NCBI GenBank assembly: GCA_021849805.1
Contig: JAJZSL010000002.1
Span: 81,229-145,228 of the forward strand
DNA length: 64,000 bases
Reading direction: 5' to 3'
Source: a bacterium
Lineage (GTDB): Bacteria; Verrucomicrobiota; Verrucomicrobiia; Chthoniobacterales; UBA6821
In this document: piece by piece, positions 57,262 through 64,000 of the stretch
Layout of the letters: every line of letters begins with the position of its first letter
How positions within the stretch are numbered: the stretch's first letter is position 1
Position numbers and translations under genes: made by a program
The notes under the pieces: model-generated
What the model saw: only the letters and a program-made list of their open reading frames with translations
Database searches by the model: none
What the model was told of the DNA's origin: nothing

Positions 57262-58632
57262 TTATTCTGGATGATGCCATCCTCCTTTTGGAGCGATCGT
57301 GGTATTGACCTCTTGAGGTCCCCAAGTATGAATGGGGTACTGATAGAGTGGAGTGTCTGCTTTGAGCATTGGATCGACAATACGCCATGCTTCCTCGACA
57401 TAATCCTCACGAGCAAAAAGTGTTGGATCACCAGCGAGGGCGTCCGTGAGAACGCGCTCGTAAGCTGTCATTTCTAAACTATCTGGGTGATGATTGGCAA
57501 CGAGTTCGACTGGAAGGTTTTCTGATTCACAATCAGGATTAATCGTATTGATTCCCATAGCAATCGTGACTTGAGGACTAATACGAATACGAATATGGTT
57601 TTTTGAAATTTGATAATTTGTATAGGAAGTAGAAGTTGATTTAAGAGGAATAAAAATTTCAGTACACTCGATAGGGAGGTTTTTCCCGGCCCTCAAGTAG
57701 ATAGGGACTCCTTTCCAGCGCGGCAATTGAACTTCTAATTCTAAGGCAGCAAAAGTCTCTGTTTTTGAGTCCGCCTGCACTCCTGGTTCTTGGAGATATC
57801 CCTCAAATTGTCCTCGGAGAATATTTTTTGCAGAAAGTGTGGGGATAGCTTTGAGTATTTTTACTTTCTCATCTCGAATCGACTCGCTATCGAATGATTG
57901 AGGTTTTTCCATGAGTAGATTGGTAAGGAGTTGGAAAAGATGATTTTCTATGACATCACGCACAGTACCTGTTTTGTCATAAAAACTACCTCTTCCTTGA
58001 ACACCAAAATCTTCTGCCATGGTGATTTGTATATTGTCAATATATTGGTTGCTCCAGAGAGCCTCAGGAATGATATTGGTGAACCTGAAGAAGAGCATGT
58101 TGTGTACGGGAGGTTTCCCCAAATAGTGATCAATACGGAAGATGCGTGATTCATTAAAGGCCCTGAGCAAAATAGAATTTAAATTTTTTGCTGATTGCAA
58201 ATCAGTACCAAATGGTTTTTCAATAACGATGCGGGAATTTTCTTTTGCATATCCAAAGGAACTGAGTTTTTCAACAACAAGGCCAAAAAGAAGAGGTGGA
58301 ATCGCTAAATAGTGTGTAGGGCAAGCTGCTTGATCTAGTTCTCGGGAAAGGTGCTCATAAGTTTGAGAATCGTTGTAATCTCCATCCACGTAATGAAGAA
58401 GAGAAGAAAGTTTTTCCCAAGCTTCAGGGTCAAGACCTCCATGTTTCTGAAGACTATCTTGAGCACGCGCTTTGAATTGATCTAAATTCCATCCTGATTT
58501 AGCAACTCCAATAACAGGTATGTTCAAGTGACCACGTTTAACCATGGCCTGTAGGGAAGGGAAGATTTTTTTGTAGGCGAGATCGCCAGTAGCTCCAAAA
58601 AACACAAGAGCATCAGAAGGTTGCTTTTTCAT
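57262..58632 (-). CDS. zwf: Glucose-6-phosphate 1-dehydrogenase
   Basis: VFFGATGDLAYKKIFPSL, the RIDHYLGK active-site motif, and a size of 456 aa. Confidence 0.92.
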   Translation of the reverse strand: MKKQPSDALVFFGATGDLAYKKIFPSLQAMVKRGHLNIPVIGVAKSGWNLDQFKARAQDSLQKHGGLDPEAWEKLSSLLHYVDGDYNDSQTYEHLSRELDQAACPTHYLAIPPLLFGLVVEKLSSFGYAKENSRIVIEKPFGTDLQSAKNLNSILLRAFNESRIFRIDHYLGKPPVHNMLFFRFTNIIPEALWSNQYIDNIQITMAEDFGVQGRGSFYDKTGTVRDVIENHLFQLLTNLLMEKPQSFDSESIRDEKVKILKAIPTLSAKNILRGQFEGYLQEPGVQADSKTETFAALELEVQLPRWKGVPIYLRAGKNLPIECTEIFIPLKSTSTSYTNYQISKNHIRIRISPQVTIAMGINTINPDCESENLPVELVANHHPDSLEMTAYERVLTDALAGDPTLFAREDYVEEAWRIVDPMLKADTPLYQYPIHTWGPQEVNTTIAPKGGWHHPE

Positions 58633-58747
58633 GATAACAAAGATAGAGAGCGTGTTTTAGTAAAATAAAGAGTGCAACAAGATTTCTTGAATGTGCTTCG
58701 ATTTTTTCAAGAGCATGATGAAGAAAAGCCTGACAATGGAGAGCGAG

Positions 58748-59779
58748 TTATTTTTTCTCGAGATGCCCTCCAAAACCAAAGCGCATTGCTGAGAGAATTT
58801 TATTCTGAAATTCGGCTTCTCCACGTGAGCTGAAGCGCTCATATAATGCTGTTGTGAGAACCGGAGCAGGAGTTCCTTCATCAATAGCAGCTTTAATAGT
58901 CCAGCGTCCTTCTCCAGAGTCAGAAACGCGACCTGCAAATTGACTGAGTTCAGGGTCTTTAATAAAGGCTTCAGCAGTGAGATCGAGTAACCAAGAAGCA
59001 ATAACACTTCCTCGGCGCCAGACTTCAGCAATTTCAGGAAGATCCATGTCGTAGCAATAGTGTTCAGGATCTCTTAGGGGAGTTGTTTCAGCATCAATTT
59101 CATGGGTTCTCTTCCCTACATTAGCATTTTTGATAATACTTAAACCTTCTGCGTAGGAAGCCATAATGGCATATTCAATACCATTGTGAACCATCTTTAC
59201 AAAATGCCCAGCTCCATTGGGTCCACAATGAAGATAGCCTTGCTCGGCAGTTCCTTGATTGATGGGGCGTCCTGAAGTTCGTGGAATAGTACCAAGACCA
59301 GGAGCTAGAGTAGCAAAAATAGGATCTAAATATTGAACAACCGGTTTTTCTCCTCCAATCATCATACAATAACCACGCTCTAACCCCCAAACACCACCAC
59401 TAGTTCCGACATCAACATAGTGAATCTGTTTGAAAGAGAGTTCTTGAGCTCGACGAATATCATCGATGTAGTAAGAGTTACCGCCATCAATGATGATATC
59501 TTCTTTTTCTAAATGAGGAAGCAGCTCTCCAATAGTTTCATCCACAACAGCAGCAGGAACCATGAGCCAAATCACACGTGGGCTATTCAATTGAGCAACC
59601 ATCTCCTCAAGCGAATAAGCAGCTGAGGCACCTTCCTTGCTCAGTTCGTTGATTGCTTCAACAGAGCGATCAAAAATAACAGACTGATGACCATGACGAA
59701 GAAGACGACGGACCATGTTAGCACCCATACGACCAAGACCGACCATACCAAGTTGCATTGTTTTTTTAGTAGTATTCAT
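58748..59779 (-). CDS. gnd: 6-phosphogluconate dehydrogenase, decarboxylating (short Gnd/YqeC-like form)
   Basis: The Rossmann N-terminus is MQLGMVGLGRMGANMVRRL. GAGHFVKMVHNGIEY is present and the size is about 340 aa. Confidence 0.85.
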   Translation of the reverse strand: MNTTKKTMQLGMVGLGRMGANMVRRLLRHGHQSVIFDRSVEAINELSKEGASAAYSLEEMVAQLNSPRVIWLMVPAAVVDETIGELLPHLEKEDIIIDGGNSYYIDDIRRAQELSFKQIHYVDVGTSGGVWGLERGYCMMIGGEKPVVQYLDPIFATLAPGLGTIPRTSGRPINQGTAEQGYLHCGPNGAGHFVKMVHNGIEYAIMASYAEGLSIIKNANVGKRTHEIDAETTPLRDPEHYCYDMDLPEIAEVWRRGSVIASWLLDLTAEAFIKDPELSQFAGRVSDSGEGRWTIKAAIDEGTPAPVLTTALYERFSSRGEAEFQNKILSAMRFGFGGHLEKK

Positions 59780-59851
59780 GATTTTTGATGTGTTGATGTT
59801 GAGTGAGTGTTTTCAATGAGTATAAGAATAAATTGATGAAGCAAGAATAGT

Positions 59852-60532
59852 CTACGAAGTCAGCACTGAACTACTTTTTTGTAATGCATCCATTGCTTGA
59901 AGAATGCCACGAGGGTTTTGAAAGATAAAAGTGCCAGCAACAAAAACAGTAGCTCCTGCCCTTTGAGCAAGAAGGATGGTTGTTGCATCGATTCCTCCAT
60001 CCACTTCAATCTCAGCAGAATGGTTCTGCTCTTGGAGTAGGCGCTCAACTTGGGTAATCTTTGTCAGTGTGAAGGGTAGAAAATGTTGGTTTCCAAAACC
60101 AGGATTAACCGTCATGACGAGTACAAGATCTAGCTCTGATAGAATAGCCTCTAGAGCTGAAGCGGGAGTAGCAGGGTTAAGAGCAACTCCAATTTTTTTA
60201 CCTAAGCTTTTAGCTTTTTGAAGGGTACGGTGAAGATTCTTGTTTCCTTCGTAATGAACAATAAACGAGTCAGCTCCCGCAGCAGCAAATTCTTCTAAGA
60301 AAAGATCAGGATCAGTAACCATAAGATGCACTTCTAAAGGAAGCTTGGTCACCGGTCGTAGAGATTTAATAATAGGCTCTCCCATCGAAAGATTAGGAAC
60401 AAAGTGTCCATCCATGACATCGATATGAATGCGATCAGCTCCCGCTTGTGCGGCAATAGTAACTTGGTTACCTAAGTTAGCAAAATCAGCAGCAAGAATA
60501 GAGGGAGCAAGTCGACGTAGAGAAGTATTCAC
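59852..60532 (-). CDS. rpe: Ribulose-phosphate 3-epimerase
   Basis: APSILAADFANLG, HIDVMDGHFVPNLS, VMTVNPGFGNQ and EVDGGI. Confidence 0.92.
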   Translation of the reverse strand: MNTSLRRLAPSILAADFANLGNQVTIAAQAGADRIHIDVMDGHFVPNLSMGEPIIKSLRPVTKLPLEVHLMVTDPDLFLEEFAAAGADSFIVHYEGNKNLHRTLQKAKSLGKKIGVALNPATPASALEAILSELDLVLVMTVNPGFGNQHFLPFTLTKITQVERLLQEQNHSAEIEVDGGIDATTILLAQRAGATVFVAGTFIFQNPRGILQAMDALQKSSSVLTS

Positions 60533-60589
60533 AAAGTCAATAGTGGAAGGAGAAACTAGTCGATAAAATCAAAGAAATATAAATTCTTC

Positions 60590-62233
60590 TTAGATTTTAT
60601 TTTTTCGATAGAGGCTGATCAGGTGATTGGTAGAGCTATCATGGTTGAGCATTGGTTCTGATGAGCTCTGAAGTTGAGGAATAATTTTTTGAGCAAGTAC
60701 TTTTCCTAATTCAACTCCCCATTGATCAAAAGAGTTAATGCCCCAAATAGCTCCTTGGGTGAAAACATTATGTTCATAGAGAGCCACTAATTTTCCAAGA
60801 GTTGACGGGGTGAGTACATCAGCTAGCAAAATATTAGAAGGACGATTACCTTTGAAAACTCGATGAGGAAGAAGTGATGTAGGAGTGCCCTCAGCTTGGA
60901 CTTCTTGAGCTGTTTTTCCAAAGGCAAGAGCCTGAGCTTGAGCAAAGACATTGGAAAGGAGAAGGTCATGATGAGTTCCAAGAGGGTTAAGGCTTTTGTA
61001 GAAGGCAATGAAATCACAAGGAATGAAACGTGTTCCTTGATGAATTAATTGATAGAAGGAATGTTGTCCATTGGTTCCAGGTTCTCCCCAATAAATTGGT
61101 CCTGTATTTACAGTCACTTCTTCTCCATGAAGAGTGACATGTTTCCCATTACTCTCCATAGTGAGTTGTTGAAGGTACGCTGGGAAGCGCTTTAGGTATT
61201 GCTCATAAGGAAGAATGGCTACTGTTTGAGCTCCAAAGAAATTGTTGTACCAAATTGATAAAAGTCCCAAGAGTACAGGCATGTTTGCTTCAAAAGGTGC
61301 ATTTTTAAAATGTTCATCCATTTCATGAAAGCCAGCAAGTAATTGGTAAAAATGATCAGCTCCAATGGCAATCATCGTAGAAAGGCCAATGGCAGAGTCC
61401 ATGGAGTAACGACCACCAACCCAATCCCAAAATCCAAACATATTCGCTGTGTCAATTCCGAAAGCAGCAACTTTGGGAGCATTTGTAGAAACAGCAACAA
61501 AATGTTTGGCAACGGCTCTCTGATCTCCCCCTAAACCTTGGAGCAACCAATCGCGAGCGCTGTGAGCATTGGTCAATGTTTCGAGTGTTCCAAAAGTTTT
61601 AGAAGCAACAATGAATAAAGTTTCTGCAGGATCTAAATCCCGTGTTGCTTCTACAAAATCGGTAGCATCAACATTAGAAATAAAGCGAAATGTCATGAAG
61701 CGGTCACTGTAATGACGAAGTGCTTCGTAAGCCATGACTGGGCCGAGGTCAGAGCCTCCAATGCCGATATTAATAATATTTTTGATCGGCTTTCCGCTAT
61801 GCCCTCTCCATTCTCCAGAACGAATTGAATGAGAAAAGCGGGCCATGCGTTCAAGGACAGCATGCACTTGAGCAACGACATCTTCTCCATCTACCATGAT
61901 TTTTTCTCCCTTAGGAGTGCGAAGAGCAACATGAAGTACAGAACGATTTTCAGAAGTGTTGATTCTCTCACCACGAAACATCTCATCAATACGGTCACGA
62001 AGCCCTGACTCATCAGCCAAGGAGAGGAGGAGTTTGATGGTTTCTTCGGTAAGATGATTTTTTGAGTAGTCAAGAAAGAGACCTGCTGATTGCAAGGTCC
62101 ACTTTGTACCCCGCTCTGGATCTTGATGGAAAAGTTCTTTCAGGTTCGTTTGATCAAAAATTTTTCGATGTATAAGAAGTTTTTTCCATGAAGTCCGCTC
62201 GATAAGTGGAGAAGATAGAGAAGTCATAGGCAT
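60590..62233 (-). CDS. pgi: Glucose-6-phosphate isomerase
   Basis: 547 aa. [10 protein letters not shown], the GGRYS(M) motif, ESNGK and GVELGK. Confidence 0.95.
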   Translation of the reverse strand: MPMTSLSSPLIERTSWKKLLIHRKIFDQTNLKELFHQDPERGTKWTLQSAGLFLDYSKNHLTEETIKLLLSLADESGLRDRIDEMFRGERINTSENRSVLHVALRTPKGEKIMVDGEDVVAQVHAVLERMARFSHSIRSGEWRGHSGKPIKNIINIGIGGSDLGPVMAYEALRHYSDRFMTFRFISNVDATDFVEATRDLDPAETLFIVASKTFGTLETLTNAHSARDWLLQGLGGDQRAVAKHFVAVSTNAPKVAAFGIDTANMFGFWDWVGGRYSMDSAIGLSTMIAIGADHFYQLLAGFHEMDEHFKNAPFEANMPVLLGLLSIWYNNFFGAQTVAILPYEQYLKRFPAYLQQLTMESNGKHVTLHGEEVTVNTGPIYWGEPGTNGQHSFYQLIHQGTRFIPCDFIAFYKSLNPLGTHHDLLLSNVFAQAQALAFGKTAQEVQAEGTPTSLLPHRVFKGNRPSNILLADVLTPSTLGKLVALYEHNVFTQGAIWGINSFDQWGVELGKVLAQKIIPQLQSSSEPMLNHDSSTNHLISLYRKNKI

Positions 62234-62368
62234 AGTTTTTTGAAAAATGGTCTTCTAGCAACTCAACATATGGGAAAGCTGATTGCTCAAGAAGAGAAAA
62301 TCCTTGAACGCCGCAGGTGAGTTTTTTGATTTTTTAGGGTGAAGGAGATTATTGCTCTCTTTTGTATC

Positions 62369-63193
62369 TTACTTGTGTGAGGAACGGGAAGCTAAGGCTG
62401 CTTTTAGAGATGGTTTTCTGATGTTCGTTGATTTCTTAGAAGCTCTCTTGAATGAGGGTGTTCGTTTTTTCGTAGATTTTGGGATTGCTCTCAGTTGGCC
62501 AGGAAAGTGCTCCCATAAGCGAAATCCTCCAATAAAAGCGTTAGAGTTAGCAGCTACAGTACATCCTAGAGGAATGGCAGTAAGGATTTGTGCGTTTCCA
62601 CCACCAAGAACGGTTTTTTCAGGTTGAAGTGCTGCTTGGAAAATTTCAACAATATGGAGTACTTCTTTTTGCCACTTTTTCTTGCCATATTTTTTTAAAG
62701 CATGAAGACCAACATAATCTTCAAACGTCTTTTTTTTGTAAGGAAGATGAGCTAATTCCATAGGAAGGATCACCCCATCTTCAATCATCGCCGATCCTAA
62801 ACCAGTTCCTAAGCCAAGAAAAAGCATGCGACCACCTCGATAGTCACCGAGTGCCTGCATGGCTGCATCATTGATCATTTGTACTGGACAACTAAAAGCT
62901 GCTTCGTAATTAAAATCAACCCATCCTTTAGCAAGATTAACAGGTTCCTTCAGTGGTTTTCCTTCTTTAGAAACAGGCATGGGGCAGCCGATAGAAACAA
63001 CATCGTAATGCCATCCTTTGGCTAGTTCTTTCACTCCATCGACCATCATTTGAGGCGTCATTGTTGGTCCTGAGATAAATTTTTTCTCTACTTTACTATT
63101 GGTGCATTTAATTTTGACTTTGCTTCCACCAATATCGACAACAAGAACGGAGAGTTTAACATTTTTCATTTTTTCTAAGAGAGAAGCACTCAC
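62369..63193 (-). CDS. ROK-family glucokinase, polyphosphate-glucokinase-like, with a basic C-terminal tail
   Basis: The ATPase phosphate-1 motif is VLVVDIGGSKVKI. NDAAMQALG and LFLGLGTGLGSAMIEDGVILPMELAHL are present, and there is no ROK Zn-Cys motif, as in PpgK. It lies between pgi and tal. Confidence 0.6.
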   Translation of the reverse strand: MSASLLEKMKNVKLSVLVVDIGGSKVKIKCTNSKVEKKFISGPTMTPQMMVDGVKELAKGWHYDVVSIGCPMPVSKEGKPLKEPVNLAKGWVDFNYEAAFSCPVQMINDAAMQALGDYRGGRMLFLGLGTGLGSAMIEDGVILPMELAHLPYKKKTFEDYVGLHALKKYGKKKWQKEVLHIVEIFQAALQPEKTVLGGGNAQILTAIPLGCTVAANSNAFIGGFRLWEHFPGQLRAIPKSTKKRTPSFKRASKKSTNIRKPSLKAALASRSSHK

Positions 63194-63212
63194 AAATAAT
63201 CAACTATCTCAA

Positions 63213-64000
63213 CTAAGCATTGCAAGAGCTACTTTTAGAATTAATGATTGATATCAAATCTTTCCATGAAGCAACAAAAGATGCTGCTCCTTCTTCTTGG
63301 AGTTTGGCTCCAAGTGCTTGGAGATCGATTCCAGATTTTTTAATTTCTCTAAGCATTGAGGAGGCGCGCAAACCATCCGAGGAGATCACATCAACAACAT
63401 GACCATGATCAGCAAAAGCAAGGAGTGTCTTCTCGGGCATGGTATTGACGGTAAAAGGTGCAGCTAGTCCTTCAATGTAGAGAGTATCAGAAGCTTTTGG
63501 GTCTTTTGTTCCTGTGCTTGCAAAGAGGAGTCGTTGAATAGCAGCTCCAGAATTTAAGAGTCTAAGATAGCGTGGTGATTGAATAAGATTGCAATAGGCA
63601 TGATAACTCTCCATCCCAACGGCAATACCAAGCTGATCTTTTAGGTTCTCGGGAACTCTAGAAGCTATGGCAACATCCCATCGGCTAATGAAAAGAGAAG
63701 CTACAGATTGAACGTTGGGATTTAATCCTGCAGCAAGACGACGTTCGATACCTCGAAGATAAGCCTCTGCTGCTGCTAGATAGTGCTCACAGGAGAAAAG
63801 AAGTGTTACATTTACAGGAATGCCAGCAAAAATGGATTCTTCGATAGCAGGCAGGCCTTCTTTTGTTCCAGGAATTTTAATGAAGAGATTGGGACGTGCT
63901 GCACGATGATGAAGTTCTTGAGCAGCTTTCATTGTTAGCTTGGTGTCATAAGCTAGAAGAGGAGAAACCTCTAGTGAAACCCATCCATCAGTACCATGAG
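63213..64000 (-). CDS. tal: Transaldolase (3' part only; the 5' end lies beyond the window edge)
   Basis: NLFIKIPGTKEGLPAIEESIFAGIPVNVTLLFS. The frame stays open upstream of the track ATG to the window end and reads ...DGWVSLEVSPLLAYDTKLT..., a conserved transaldolase segment. Confidence 0.87.
   Translation of the reverse strand, partial: HGTDGWVSLEVSPLLAYDTKLTMKAAQELHHRAARPNLFIKIPGTKEGLPAIEESIFAGIPVNVTLLFSCEHYLAAAEAYLRGIERRLAAGLNPNVQSVASLFISRWDVAIASRVPENLKDQLGIAVGMESYHAYCNLIQSPRYLRLLNSGAAIQRLLFASTGTKDPKASDTLYIEGLAAPFTVNTMPEKTLLAFADHGHVVDVISSDGLRASSMLREIKKSGIDLQALGAKLQEEGAASFVASWKDLISIINSKSSSCNA

Noticed and set aside
57255-57431. N-terminal 59-aa extension of the pgl-rpiB ORF.
   Set aside because: It overlaps the zwf 3' end. 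The Pgl homology begins right after the internal ATG at 57254.
58657-59031. A 124-aa minus-strand ORF overlapping the gnd 3' region in another frame.
   Set aside because: It lies largely inside the strongly supported gnd CDS and has no motif.

Overview
This 64-kb window is bacterial chromosome of about 40% GC (judged by eye; hand counts on single lines give about 42%). Coding density is high and there are no rRNA genes or CRISPR arrays. The RpoC sequence and the prepilin-type AFSLLE N-termini resemble the PVC superphylum (Verrucomicrobia/Lentisphaerae/Chlamydiae), but that is inference only and no search was run.

Content from left to right:
- Housekeeping: rpoB (5' truncated by the window edge), rpoC, rpsB, tsf and a PtsN-like EIIA.
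- A 31-bp perfect inverted repeat that supplies the 3' end of a Ser-rich orphan gene, followed by a PUR-alpha-like small protein and a hexapeptide-repeat transferase.
- A three-gene minor-pseudopilin operon whose last gene is a giant 899-aa GspK-like protein, then hrpB.
- A 3234-aa Rhs/YD-repeat polymorphic toxin. It has a 238-aa non-repeat C-terminal domain and an overlapping, very AT-rich lipoprotein gene that is a candidate immunity gene.
- A GH63-like glucosidase, an MFS transporter, holA, uvrB and a futalosine-pathway gene pair.
- A partial non-flagellar type III secretion locus in Ysc/Psc operon order: SpoA protein, sctW, class I chaperone, small protein, TPR chaperone, sctV, sctD and an sctE-like gene. 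It ends next to tRNA-Ser(UGA).
- An EVE-domain gene, tmk, holB, a PAP2 phosphatase, an HD hydrolase and pdxJ.
- A 13-kb, single-strand carbohydrate cluster: glgE, an AmgK/APH-fold kinase, glgX, a fused pgl-rpiB, zwf, gnd, rpe, pgi, a ppgK-like gene and tal (3' part only; its 5' end lies beyond the window).

The best candidates for something new are the Sec-signal Rhs toxin/immunity module, which has no T6SS or Tc context, and the fragmentary Ysc-ordered T3SS locus sitting among housekeeping genes. All family assignments rest on motifs read from the translations and need profile or structure searches to confirm.
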